Origin: Lama glama
Lineage: Eukaryota
Length of the DNA stretch: 64,000 bases
Assembly (NCBI GenBank): GCA_028534125.1
Contig: CM052816.1
Location: 33,544,001 to 33,608,000 of the forward strand
Reading direction: 5' to 3'
In this document: one piece after another, positions 1 through 12,397 of the stretch
Position numbering within the stretch: position 1 is the first letter of the stretch
Layout of the letters: the number at the start of each line of letters is the position of its first letter
Position numbers and translations under genes: made by a program
Notes under the pieces: model-generated
Databases searched by the model: none
What the model was told of the DNA's origin: nothing
What the model saw: only the letters and a program-made list of their open reading frames with translations

Positions 1-2104
1 TTTCTGAAGACTAGCAAAATAAGTGACCCCGAAGGGCCCTGTGGAAGCCAACTAGTCTGGCCCTCTACCTTAAGGTGGGACTTGTCATCATTCATGACAG
101 AGTAGATTGCTACATTTAAAGCTCTTTCCTCTTCCCAAGAGATGTGTTCCATCACAAGCATTCTAATGGCTGTCCATCAACCTTCAGGCTACCCTTCTAA
201 GTGCTGGTTAAATCTATATCATCTATATTTCTACCCCTGAACATTTTTCTTTTTAGATTTCAGCAGAGATGAACAATAATCAGTCATTATGTTCTGTAAT
301 AAATATTTGTATATTATATAAAGACATAATATCAGATCTCATTTCTCGCTAACTCAAAGCCCTTTATTTAATCTTACTTCACAGGTGTTACTCTTAGTCC
401 TTTTTTTTTGGTCTGACTTTCCTGAAACATGCACTAAACTCTTCTCAGTGTGTCTCAATTCCTGATTATACCACTAAACACAGTCCAGTAGTCTCTTCTA
501 TTATTGATTAATTTCTTACTCTTAATCAATATAGCTTTTGTGCTATATTGGTGAACTACCAAAAAACAAAAACAAAACACCAAAAATCTAACCAATTAAT
601 GATAGGAATGTGACCCTTAGTTGATTGGGAATGAAAAATAAATACAAAAACTATCCGTCACAGGTAATTTTATGAAGATGAGCATATGCTCAGTTTACAA
701 ATGGCCTAAAGAATAGCAAGTATATGCAGATTCTTACAAATTCAATTAAATACTGAATCATATAGTAAAAGACTGAAAATGCTCACATGACTTGTTACTT
801 TTCAGAGAATGAATTCACTAATCTTCATGTTAGAAAACAAATTCATAAGCAAATCAAGCTGATAAAGCTCCTGAAACTAGATTCTAGTTCTTACTAAATA
901 AGTTTCCCTTGACTTGCACTGACTGGCAGAGGGATGGGCATGAAGTAGTGGCGAGGCCATTTTTATTCACACCTCTGAGGCAAGTCCTTAAGTGGCAGCA
1001 CTGCATGTAGATACTTGTCTGTTGTGAGCAATTCTTTTATAACATAAGCCCAAAGCAAGCATATTACATTGAAAGAGATCATAAGCTTTTTTCTCCTTCT
1101 ATTTTAGAGAACAATAGCTAAGAAATACCATTTCATGGTACAGAGGTGATAGTAGAATTGATATTCAAATTCAATATTAGTTGGGTCATTTGACACTTAG
1201 GCTTTTCACAACAAACTTTTATAAAAACTGCTACTAGCTGAAGTTTGAAAAGAGGGTAAATGCAGTTTTTGTTCATTTAAAAATTCAAGACGAATAAATA
1301 TTATTTTAAAACAGATGAAACAGGAATAGAATACATGCAATTTATTATGACTCTGTATGAAATATTTAATATGACCAGAAAAGGAACAAGGGCATATATA
1401 TCCACAGAAAGAAAGGGAGAAATGATATCAACTAAAACCTGGAATCTCAGAACAGATGAACAAATAGTAACTCATGTAAAAGACTGAATAGACTTGAAAC
1501 CCTGATTTGCAATGGGAGGAGCCAAAATGAAGAAATATAATTCTTATCAAGGAATTTCAGAAGTACTCAAGGATTAGAGTATCAGGTCTTTCTAAGAGTG
1601 GAGTGGAGAAAAAGACATTGGTTCAATGTTTTTTTATATGAAGCTCTTAGGCCTCTATGTTTCTTCTTCTATCATTCACAGTCAAAAAACACACCCCCCC
1701 CAAACCCCTGGAAAAGAGAGTGGATTTAATCTTTGGAAATGTTGAACAATAATGAATTATGTCTTACCACAAGGTACAGCGTTGATTGTATTGAAAACAG
1801 AGGGATTCACACAGCTCTACAGAATAAATGGTGAGATTTCCAGGTCCAATAGGCAGCCAGAATGCTGAAAAATAGGGTTGTATCTATCACATTCCCAGCT
1901 ATACAGAAATTAGAGGATTTCTCAAACAGAAAACTAAACAACCCAAGGGGAAGGGGACCCATGAATACTGACAGTTAGGTTACCCCCTCAACAAAGGATC
2001 TTGATTTCTGGCATCTTACAGTGAAGCCCATCATTGAACAAGATTGGGGTCCCAAGGCTACTAACGAGCTATTTTGTCTCTCATGCAAACATAAATGGAC
2101 AAGG

Positions 2105-4150
2105 TTCCATTCTGGTATGGTAGAGGCGCTGGTATGACTGATCTTTCTGCATATGACAATTATAATTTCTAAATTAAGTGTAAAAATAGTTATTTAAATG
2201 TGCAGAAAGAACCACCAAAATCAGAAAACTGGAAATGATGTAATTTATGAAAGAAAGGAACTTTTCTGAATAAGATGCACATTTATTCAGCTCTTCCTCT
2301 GAAGGCTCTGCAGGCAGCATAACACTTAGTAGCTTGAGGTATCAGAAAACAGAATTTAGGGCTGGCAGAGAGGCTAAAAATTGAGGAGAGAATTCCAAAA
2401 AAGAAGGGACCACACATCAGAGGAATCCAAAAATCTACATATGAACTGTGCTCAAATACTAGGTTAATCTCTGAACTAAGCATATGTGTGGGAGATTCGA
2501 AGGAACCCAGCAAAAAGCACAAAACAATAAGTGTGAAGGCTGAAAAAGCTGAGAAATTTTAGCTGTTTTTTACCACAGGAGAGACAGAGTTTGGAGTATG
2601 AGTCCCACCAAATTTAACTGTGGGTTAGAAGAAAAGAAATCTCTTCAAGAAAAAGCTAATAGAATCTAGAATCTCTGCAAGGAACCACTGACAATCCAAA
2701 GAGTACCAAAAAAAAAAAAAAAAAAAAAGACTAGCTATACTAGATACGTGAAGTGGCAGAAAAATGTGAGCCATAGTCAAAAGAAAAATTGATCAATAGA
2801 AACCAACCCCAAGATGATTCATAGGTTGATATTCATAAACAAATCATTTAATACTATATATATATATATTCATATAATTAAAGGAAAAGAGAGTCATAAT
2901 TAGTGTATAGATGGGTAGTCGTATCAGAGAAATGAAAACTATTCAAAAGAAACTATGGGAAATTTAAAAACTGAACAAGCAAACTATCTGAACTTTGGCA
3001 AAAAAAATTATTCAAAGGGTTTATAGAAGTGTACAGACTGCAGAAGAAATGGTAGGTGGACTTGAAAGCAGAATACAGTATCCAATCTCCAAGATGATTT
3101 TCACTTCCTAGTACTCACACCCTTCTGAGTTTACATACAACACTAAATTAGGATTGACCTATATGACAACCAGAATATGGTAGAAGTTAAGAGGTGTGAT
3201 TTCCAACATCATAAAAGCATTGCAGATTCTTCCTTTATCTCTTGTATTGCTCATTCTGAGGGAGGCCATGGCATGAGGATACTCAAGAAGCCCCATGGAA
3301 ATGGTGTGGGGAGAACCAACTTGCTAGCCATGTGAGTGAACTGTAATTGAAGTAATTTCCTCAACCCCAATCAAGCCTTCAAATGACTGAATCTCCAGCC
3401 AACATCTGATTGCAACTTCATGAGAGACCTCAGCTGAAACTACCCAATAATTCAGAATTTCAGATGATTCAGAATTCTGAATTCATAGAAACTGTGAGAG
3501 CTAGTATCAGTATTAGGACAATATCAAGATACTTTGCATGTAGCTGAAGTCCTAGGAGGAAGGGAGAAAGGATTCAGATAGAAAATTTATTTGAAAAAAT
3601 TATTTCCTCAAATTGGGTAAACAACATCAACTTACAGATTCAAGAATCTCAGAAACCCAAAGAGAATAAATAGAAACGAAACCACACGCAGGTCCATCTA
3701 AGTCAAATGCTTGAAAAGAACAGATTAAAAAGTTTTTTTGAAAGCACACCCTTCCAAGAGCAAGAGAGACAAATAAAGAGCAAGAGAGAGAAATATTATA
3801 CATTAAGCAAAGCAATACAAATGACAGATAGTTCATCATCAAAAATAATGTAGGCCAAAAGACAATGGAATGGAATTATAAGTCTTAACCATTGGAAAAA
3901 AAAAACCCCAAACCCTATAGATACAGAATTCCATACTAAAGGAATATTTTTAGGTTGAAGGGAAATAAACAAGAGGGAAACTCAGACATACAGAAGGGAA
4001 TGGAGATAACAGAAATGGGATATATGTGTAAAGAGAAAAAGACTACATTTCCTATTCTTCTTTTATTTAGAAGATAATCCATGATTTACAACAAAAATTG
4101 TAACGCTGAATTTTGTGGTTTATGATATATGTAGAGGTAAAATATGATAC
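2105..4150 (+). mobile_element. Ancient LINE-1 5' region and ORF1 remnant (L1M4/L1MC-like), split by an MLT1F LTR
   Basis: A-rich ORF1-like segments (aaccaaccccaagatg, cttacagattcaagaatctcagaaaccc, aaccacacgcaggtccatc) resume colinearly after the LTR at ~3510; heavily decayed, no ORF. Confidence 0.6.
3079..3500 (+). mobile_element. MaLR solo LTR, MLT1F-like
   Basis: Recalled MLT1F blocks in order: cagaatatggtagaag, cataaaagcattgcag, gaggatactcaagaagccc, accaacttgctagccatgtgagtga, tcaagccttcaaatgactg, tgcaacttcatgagagacc, catagaaactgtgaga. Confidence 0.8.
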
Positions 4151-4184
4151 AAAATACTACATATAATTCCTTCTAAATAATATT

Positions 4185-4420
4185 CAAAGAAAGGTAAAAT
4201 TAAGTGACAATGCATATCAGTGGTTCTCAGGGGCCAAATTAGGGTAGAGGACTGACTGAACAAGGGTTTGAGAGGATTTGGGTGGTGATAGAAAGTCCTA
4301 CTTCATGATTTGGATAGTTACTACATGACGTTAGGCATTTGTCAAAACTCTTTAATTATACTCTTAAAATGAATACATTTTATCATATGAAAATTGTATC
4401 CCAATAAAGCCAATTAAAAA
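4185..4420 (+). mobile_element. Old L1 (L1MB/ME-type) 3' end
   Basis: Typical 3'UTR blocks catttgtcaaaactc...cttaaaatgaatacattttatc...ccaataaagc followed by an A-rich end. Confidence 0.65.
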
Positions 4421-4469
4421 CTGTAATAATAGCATCAGCAATTCTTTAGCTTAGGTAAAATCGAAAGTC

Positions 4470-5558
4470 CATAAATATTGAAAAGCAGGAAGTTAAACTT
4501 GCCATTTATAAATGCTTAATTTTTACATAGAAAATGCTAGGATTTATTTAGACTTCTAAAATTAATAAATGAATTTGGCAAAGTTACAGGGTACAAGGTC
4601 AAAACAAAAATAACTGACTGTATTTCCACATACTAGCATGAAATAATTGGAAAATGCAGTACAAATATTTTATTTACAATAGAATAAAAAAGGATAAAAT
4701 ACTTGGAATAAATTCAACAGAAGAGATTCAAATCTTTTACAGTGAAAATTACCAAATATTGCTAAGAGAAATTAATTAAGATACAAATAAATGGAAAGCT
4801 ATACCATGTCCATTCACTGGAAAACAATATTATTAACAAATCAATTTTCCTCTAATTGAGATGTAGGCTAAGTATTAGTAGGCTTTGTTTGGAGAAATTT
4901 TAAATTTTACTCCAAAATGTGTAAAAAAATACAAAATACCTGGAGTATAAAATCAATCCTGAAAAAGAACAAAGTTGGAGTTCTCATTCTATCTGATTTC
5001 AAAACTTACAATAAAGCTACAGAAATCAAGACAGTGTGATACTGGTGTAAGGAAAGAAAGAATCAACAGAAAAGAACAGAGTTTAGAAGTAAAACCATAT
5101 ATATTTGGTCAATTAATTTTTGAAAAAGTTGTCAAAGCAATTAAATGGGCAAAGGAAAGTCTTTTCAATAAATGGTAGGAAAACAATTGGATAAACATAT
5201 AGGGAAAAATGAACCTCAATATTTTCCTTGTACAACAAACAAAAATTAACTTAAGATAGATCATAAATCTAGGCATATAAGCTAAAATTATAGCAGCACT
5301 TTTAAAATAAAACATTGAAAAATATCTTCATGAGCTTACAGTATATAAAAATAACTTAGGGCATAGCAAGCTTTAAACATTAAAAAATTAAAAACTGAAA
5401 TTTATCAAATTTTAAAACAAGTACAGCAAGAGACACAAGAAAGTATAAATACAATAAACTGGGAGTAAATATTTTCAATACAACTATCTGACAAAGAATA
5501 TATATCTAGAGAATATAAAGAATTCTTAGAAGTCAATTAAAAAAGACAAAAAAATTAA
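4470..5558 (+). mobile_element. Decayed L1 ORF2 fragment (RT to C-terminal region)
   Basis: ORF 4975-5178 contains FGQLIFEK..IKWAKESLFNKW; upstream gaatttggcaaagttacagggtacaag (EF.KV.GYK) and aataaatggaaagctataccatgtcc (NKWK.IPC). Confidence 0.85.
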
Positions 5559-5561
5559 AAG

Positions 5562-7350
5562 ATTTCTGGCTTCTGCTCAAGATGTAGAGAGATGCAAAAA
5601 ACATTGTTCTAACCCTTTAAACGCAACAACAAAAAGCCAAAATGCAAGGTCAAGATTTTCCTGAACCCTTCAGAGAACTGAGGTCACAGGACAACCAAGT
5701 GGTCTAAAATCTAAGGAGAGACAAGTGTCCACAAGGAAAGATGGCAGTTGCTTACCTGCGGCAAACACAGCCACACACCAGTAAGAATTTGCTATAACCA
5801 ACTCAACAAATTGGGAGATGTTACATGTGGGCTCACAAAAGAATGTGAAACTGCTAGGAGCCACACATATAGAGGGAGTTCACACCTCTGCACGCTTTTC
5901 TCCACAAACTACTGATCACACAACAAAAGATGATTTAGAGTCCTGAAAAAGCGTTACTGGTAGTGCAGACCTGGAGGAGGAGAACAATAGCTACTGTGTC
6001 TACAAAAAAGAGTGCCTACTGCAATAAACCCACAGCAGATGAAGAAAGGGAAGAGGAAAAATCCCTCTACCCTAAAGAGAGAGGCAAGACTATGTCCTGA
6101 AAACAGAACTACAAATAGTGGAAAGGCAAGAGCTCTAAGAAGATAACATCCCAAACACCCAGGGACACACAGCCTACCTAACACTAAAGTTTAATCAGAA
6201 CAACAGAGAATGTCCCCTCTGTCCCCCATCCCCAAGCTAACAAGCATCAAATAACAAGTAACACTGGAATACTGATAGGAGAGTTGCAAAAGCATGGAGA
6301 CAGACCTTCTTCATATGGCATAGGGTGAATGGAAGACTGAAAGCTGAAGGTAGTGCAAAAAGAAAAGTGCTGAGGGAAACTAGCCTCCACCCCCCAAAAA
6401 GAAGACATTGGTAGAGAAACAGGAAGCATACTGTGCAGTGAGAATAAGCACAGCATGAATAAACTGCAAATTCAACCAAACTCCTCACTAGATTAACTCA
6501 AACTCCCACACTAAATGCCTACTAGAAGGGAAGGCATGCCTACTTATTGGCATACAATCTATTTACCTGCTTCGACTGCCCAACACAAGATGCACGGCTT
6601 TCAACACAAAATTATGGGGCAAGAAATATACAACATACCCCTAGAAAACAAAGCTATAAACTGTACCAGACTCAGATATGATGGGGATGTTAGAATTATC
6701 TGTGAGAGGTATAAAAATAACAATGATTATTATGTTAAAAACTAATGGAAAAAGCAAAAACATATAAAATCAGTTGGAAATTTCAGCAAAGAGATGACCA
6801 CTAAGAGAAAGAATCAGATGGAATTTCAAGAAGCAGAAAACCTACAGTAACATATATTTAGAAAGTTTTCAACATGCATATCAGTAGTATATCAGAACCC
6901 AGGAAAGAACCAGGGAACTAGGAGATATATTAACAGAAATCACCCAAACTGAAACACAGAAAACAACATCCAAGAACTGTGGATCAATCTTAAACAGTCT
7001 AACATGTGCCTAAATGGAATTCCATAGGAGAAGAGAGAAAGAACAGGGAAAAAAATTGAAGAAATAATAACTAAGAATTTTCCAAAATTATTAACAAACA
7101 TTAAACTACAGTTCCAAGAAACTTAGTAAAAAGCAAAGATAAAATCAAATATTACATACATATATATGTATGTATATTGCAGATATGTGTGTATATATAC
7201 ATAATAACTATACTACAAATGCATATTATATTCAATCTGCTGAAAAAATACAAGTGGGAAATTTGGAGGTAATCAGAGAAAAAGGCACATTATATACAGA
7301 GAAAAAATGACAAGAATTACAGTACGCTTCTTGTCAGAAAAGGAAGATGA
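5562..7350 (+). mobile_element. Ancient L1 (L1MC/L1MD-like) 5'UTR plus ORF1 remnant
   Basis: Begins gatttctggcttctgctcaagatgtagag; ORF1-like tract ccaagaactgtggatcaatcttaaacagtctaacatgtg...gaaataataactaagaattttccaaaatta. Confidence 0.65.
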
Positions 7351-7399
7351 CAGGGCAGTGACGTCTTTTTTTTTCCTGTTATTTCTATAATGGTATGTT

Positions 7400-7675
7400 T
7401 TCTAAACAGTTCTGCTGAAGTATAATTGACATAATTAAACTGCAAATAATTAAAATGTACAATTTTATCAGTTTTTATATATGTACATACCTGCCAAACC
7501 ACCACAATTAAGATAGTGAACATGTCCATCACCTCCAACCTTGTGCCCCTTTGTAATCTCGCCTTCCTGTCTCTCCCTGGCCATATCTCAACCCACTGAT
7601 CTGCTTTCTCACACTGTAAATAAGTATGAATTTTCTATGTTTTTTTATAAATGGAATTATAGCATGTACTATTCT
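7400..7675 (-). mobile_element. L1MC-type 3' end
   Basis: ctgaagtataattgacata...accacaattaagatagtgaacatgtccatcacc...actgatctgctttct...aaatggaattata. Confidence 0.75.
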
Positions 7676-7695
7676 AAAAATCCAGCTTAATTTTT

Positions 7696-7847
7696 AAAAA
7701 TTTTATGTAGTCTTTTTTCTTTTTAAGTTTTTTTTTAGGGGGGGTAATTAGGTTTATTCATTTATTCTTAGAGGAGGTACTGGGGACTGAACCAGGGACC
7801 TTGTGAATGCTAAGCATTTGCTCTACCACTTGATCTATACCCTCCCC
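7696..7847 (-). mobile_element. tRNA-Ala-derived camelid-type SINE (vic-1-like)
   Basis: Minus strand reads ggggagggtatagatcaagtggtagag...ggttcagtccccagtacctcc...aataaacctaattacccc plus A-rich tail; TSD tccagcttaattttt at 7681-7695 and 7850-7864. Confidence 0.88.
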
Positions 7848-8271
7848 AGTCCAGCTTAATTTTTTAAGGAAACTAATATACAGATGTGTTTCTTAAACTT
7901 ACAGTATGTTGAAAGCTTAGTATTTTACCTTGATTATTTCAATTTTCAGTTTTCACTTTTCAGAGGACAGCCAAGGTCTTGAGTTTCCTAAATTATCAAC
8001 TAAATTTCCCAGATTTACAAATAATAGCAAAGTTCTTTTCTTTAGTTAGATGATCCATTTTCTCTTGACTTGTTCATCTTTCTTAACATTTTCTGGCTTT
8101 GAAATGCAGTGATCTTAGCATCCATCTCAAGAAATTAGGGAAAAAAAAATAATTATATGCAAAAAAGAAGACAAACTAAAAAGATAAATGGGGAAATCAA
8201 TACAATAGAAAATATATATACCATTGAGATACTCAGAAAGCTCAAAGTTAATTCTTTAAAAGGATCAATGA

Positions 8272-8472
8272 GGCCACCCTTTTGCTCCCTCCTCTTTGGA
8301 GACTGCCCACACTCTATCTATGGAGTGTGTACCTACTTTTATTCTAACCTGAGCACCCATCCCCCATACCTCCTGGCCTTTCTCTTACCTTCTGAAACAG
8401 CCTACACTCTATGCAGCATGTATCTTTCTAAATAAATCTACCTTTACTCAAAAAAATTAAAAAATAAGAAAA
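8272..8472 (+). mobile_element. Short L1-mediated retroposed insert resembling an ERV LTR U3/R end
   Basis: Perfect 15-bp TSD taaaaggatcaatga (8257-8271, 8473-8487), AATAAA at 8431-8436, A-rich tail from 8450; interrupts the L1 ORF2 remnant. Confidence 0.75.
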
Positions 8473-8743
8473 TAAAAGGATCAATGAAATTGATGAAATC
8501 CTGAATGGACGATCATAGAAAGAGAAGAGACACAGTAACCAATATCAGGATTAAAGCTGAGAAAATTAGCACAAATTTGATATGTATTTAAAATTCATAA
8601 GACAGTATAAAAATTGAATAAAAATGAATGAATTCCTGAAAAAAAACACCACTTAGCAAAATGACACAATAAGAAACAGAAAACCTGGATGGCTCTATAC
8701 CTATTAAAGAAATTGAATCCCTAATTGAAAACCCTCATACCCA

Positions 8744-8744
<1 letters not shown>

Positions 8745-8794
<50 letters not shown>
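8745..8794. repeat. (CA)25 microsatellite
   Basis: Perfect CA dinucleotide run. Confidence 0.97.
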
Positions 8795-8798
<4 letters not shown>

Positions 8799-9719
8799 AA
8801 CTCCAGACTTAGATGGCTTCACTGGTAAATTCTACATTTTAAGAAAAGAAGAACACCAATCTTGTACAAACTACTCCAGAAAATTAAAAAGAGAGAGAGA
8901 GAGAACAATTCTTAACTTGCCTCTTGAGGCCAGTATAAGCTGGTTTATAACAAAGACATTACAAGGAAATAATTTTTAGGCCAATATTACTCAGGAATTA
9001 ATTTTTTAACTAAGCAATATATAAAAAGTATACTATATCATGACCTAGTTGGGTTTTTCCTAGGAATTCAAGATTAGTTTAACATTCTAAAATAAACCAT
9101 ATACTTTACCCATATTAGCGGACAGAGGAAGAAAAGTCACATAGCCATCCCAACAGATGGAGAAAAAATGATAAAAGTCCATTAACTATAAAAACCAAAA
9201 AGACACTTAACAAACAAGTTAGGATATGCAGCATAAATCACTTAATAGTGGAATGCTTAGAAATTTCCTTCAGAGATCAGAAATGATGAAAGCATCTCTC
9301 TACCACCACTCTTACTTTTTATTCAGTATTGTGCAGGAGGTCTTAATCAATGTAATAAGGCAAGATTTTAAAAATTAAAATTAATAAGCATGGAAAAGAA
9401 AAAAAGGATCTATCATTATTTACAGATGACACAACTGTTTATGTTAAAAATCCAAAAGAATCTAAAAATGAAATCTTAGAATTAATGAGTTTACAGTTGC
9501 TGAATGCAAAATCATTGTGCCAAATTCAGTGTAAAAATTGCATTTCTATATACTGGCAACAGACAACTAGAGAAGAAAAGCAAATTAAACTTTATTACTC
9601 AGCAATAAAAAGGATAAACTAGTAATATACAAAGAAATATGGATGAATCTCAAAAATATTCAGCCAAATGAAAGAAGTCAGACTCGAAAGAGCACAAAAG
9701 GGAATAATTATGTTTACTT

Positions 9720-10470
9720 GAAATTCTGGAAGAAAAAAAGTGAAGGTAAATGATCCACATCTAGATGTATCTTGGTGCTATTTAAGAACACCGAATTTTC
9801 TGGAAAGAAGAACCAGGTTACCTGGAAAGAAACAATAGTCAGAATTTCATCACATTTTTCATTGGTAATACAGGATGCTGGAAGACAACGAAGCAACTAC
9901 TTCAAAGTGCAAAGAAAAAACTGATTTTTAACCTATATGTCATGCCCAAGCAACCAGCATTTCAAGTAAATCAAAATAACAGACATTTTCAAATATTTCA
10001 AAATTTTCAAATATTAAGGGAGTAAGAAAGTATCTCATTCGCTCAGGAATAATCACTATACGGTTAACTGCAATAAAATCTTTAACATGTGCAAAAGAGT
10101 GAGTGACGCAGAATACAACAAAGAGTGCTAGATAAGCGAAAAAACTAGTTTTAAAAATTATTAGTACACAATATAATAATTTAGATTTATATATTATTCT
10201 AGAAAGGCAGCAAAGGAAAGGGGCTAGGATCAGAAAACACATAAAAGTAATTACAAATCCCATCCTTTCCAGGCAAAGAAGAGATGTTCTGATTAAATAC
10301 AGACATTGATAGAATGTTATAAAGTTAAATATACATTCAAAAATATAAGAATAAAAAGAACAGAAAGCATTTATAGCTTTCAAACAAGGTGGGGAGAAGA
10401 AGCAGGACAAAGAAAAATTGATAGGCATAAGACAGAGGAGTAAAAAAGAAACAAAACATTACAAAATGCT
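9720..10470 (+). mobile_element. Ancient HAL1/L1ME ORF1-type remnant
   Basis: ORF1 C-terminal-like tract aaccaggttacctggaaagaaacaatagtcagaatttcatcacatttttc...ggatgctggaagacaacgaagcaactacttcaaagtgc. Confidence 0.5.
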
Positions 10471-10482
10471 TTAAATGGCAAC

Positions 10483-10802
10483 TATAGCGGATGCCGTGTT
10501 GCACTGTCAAGGATGCCTCACGTTAGCCCCCTCTCTAGGGGTAGCTTGCATCCAGTTACTCATCCCAGACTTCTTGCCTTAATTCAGGACAACTCTAAAG
10601 GTCTATTCCATCCCAGAATGCCTGTGGGATTAGCTGAGACCTCTGGGACAAATGTATCACAGTTCAATCTCTCCTTCTGCCCAACCCTTCCCTTACTCCC
10701 TCACAGGCATTGCTCCTGATTGCTCCCCAATAAACCTTGTACATGCACCACTCTATCTTCTCTATCTCAACAAATGTTACTAAGGGGAACTGAGTTCAGA
10801 TA
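10483..10802 (+). mobile_element. ERVL-class 5' LTR, LTR16C-like
   Basis: tatagcggatgccgtg start; cttgccttaattcaggacaactct, gtgggattagctgagacctct, cagttcaatctctccttctgcccaa, ctccccaataaacc match recalled LTR16C; followed directly by internal sequence (gctggtgccaag). Confidence 0.8.
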
Positions 10803-11276
10803 GCTGGTGCCAAGTAGTCCAAATTAGAAGACTTTAAGGAATTTTGGAGCCAAATCACTCGTCAGTCAGCAAACAATGAAGATCCCATTATTGGTAGTGA
10901 ATGGAATAGGGTAGGTCCTAGCGTAACTGTGGCAACATATTACAATTACAAATTGTTTCATAACAAGTAATTCCGAAGCTTAGGGGTTTAAAATAACTAC
11001 TTCATTATTTCTCATGATTCTGCATGCTCAGTTGGGCAGTTCTTCAGTTTCAAAGAAGTCAACTGAAGTTGTAAGCATCTAGGAACATAATTGGGCTCAT
11101 TCACGTGGACTGATGCTAGCTTCAGCTGCAAGATCACCTACAATTGCTGACCAGAGTGCCTACAAGTGGACTTTTCACAGCATCGCAGCTGGGTTCCAAA
11201 AGGGAACATTCTAAGAACAAGTGTTCCAAAAGAGAGGACCTGGAAATTGCTAGTTCAATTAAAAGCTAAGCCAAGA

Positions 11277-12397
11277 AGGCAGAAGACCTAAACAAGCAAT
11301 TATCCAATGAAGACCTACAAATGGACAATAGGCACATGAAAAAATGCTCAATATTGCTAATTACCAGAGAAATGCAAATCAAAACTACAATGAGGTATCA
11401 CCTCACTCCAGTCAGAATGGCCATCATTTGATTTTGTTGTTGTTTTTTTTTTTTTTGCAGGGGGAGGTAATTAGTTTTATTTATTTATTTAGTTTTTTGA
11501 TGGAGGTACTAGGGGTTGAACCCAGGACCTCATCCATGCTAAGCATGCACTCTGCCACTTGAGCTATACCCTCCCCCTAGAATGGCCATCATTTGAAAGT
11601 CCACAAATGATAAATGCTGAAAAGGGTGTGAAGAAAAGGGAACCCTCCTACACTTTTGGTGAGAATGTAGTTTGGTGTAGCCATTATGGAAAACAGTATG
11701 GAGATTCCTCAAAAAACTAAAAATAGGCTTACCATATGATCCAGCAATCCCACTCCTGGGCATATATCTGGAGAAAACTTCTACTTTGAAAAGATGCATG
11801 CATCCCAATATTCATAGCAGCACAATTTACAATAGCCAAGACATGTAAGCAATGTAAATGTCTACTGACAACTGAATGAATAAAGAAGCTGTGGTATATT
11901 TATACAATGGAATACTACTCAGCCATAAAAAAAGAATAAATAATGCCATTTGCAGCAACATGGATGTACCTGGCGATCATCATTCTAAGTGAAGTAAGCC
12001 AGAAAGAGTAAGAACAATACCATATGATATCACTCATGTGTGGAATCTTAAGAAAGAAAAAAGAAGGCACTAATGAACTTATCTACAAAACAGAAACAGA
12101 CTCATAGACATAGTAAACAATCTTATGGTTACTGAGGGAAAAGGGGGTATAGAGGGATAAATTGGGAGTTTGAGATTTGCAAATATTAACTACTGTATAT
12201 AAAATTAGATAAACTGCAAGTTTATTCTGTATGGCACAGGGAACTATATTCAATATCTTCTAGTAACCTATAATGAAAAAGAATATGAAAATAAATATAT
12301 GTATATATATGTATGACTGAAACATTATTCTGTACACCAGAAATTGATACAATGTAAACTGACTATACTTCAATAAAAAAGTAGGTGGAAAAAAGAA
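11277..12397 (+). mobile_element. 5'-truncated young camelid-type L1 (ORF2 C-terminus plus 3'UTR)
   Basis: Clear L1 ORF2 C-terminal and 3'UTR sequence ending ctatacttcaataaaaaa; TSD aaaagctaagccaaga (11261-11276) / aaaaggtaggccaaga (12398-12413), 14/16 identical. Confidence 0.9.
11432..11578 (-). mobile_element. tRNA-Ala-derived camelid-type SINE (vic-1-like) inside the L1
   Basis: Minus strand ggggagggtatagctcaagtggcagagtgcatgcttagcatggatgaggtcctgggttcaacccctagtacctcc with Pol III A/B boxes; perfect 18-bp TSD agaatggccatcatttga (11414-11431, 11579-11596). Confidence 0.92.

Larger units (their letters stand above)
8100..9570 (+). mobile_element. Decayed old L1 ORF2 (post-EN through RT)
   Basis: Recognisable ORF2 motifs: KTPDLDGFTGKFY in ORF 8725-8979, gggtttttcctaggaattcaagattagtttaac (GF.GxQ..FN), ttatttacagatgacaca (LFTDD). 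Confidence 0.8.

Noticed and set aside
257..900. Other splice-like signals (acceptors at ~256 and ~805, donor cag|gtaatt at ~663)
   Set aside because: They do not pair into a convincing open exon; such motifs are common in AT-rich DNA.
1108..1145. Possible upstream exon (ttctccttctattttag|RTIAKKYHFMVQ..ag|gtgata), phase-compatible with exon 24070
   Set aside because: Good acceptor but weak donor; a phase match has a 1-in-3 chance and the peptide is unrecognised. Not supportable without RNA data.
9940..10428. 162-aa hydrophobic minus-strand ORF as a membrane protein
   Set aside because: Antisense reading of A-rich L1/HAL1 sequence gives F/L/I-rich ORFs artefactually; the same applies to 51299-51547 and 63701-63970 (low complexity).
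11505..11577. tRNA-Ala gene
   Set aside because: The tRNA-like head is part of a SINE with tail and TSD; the same applies at 7775-7847.
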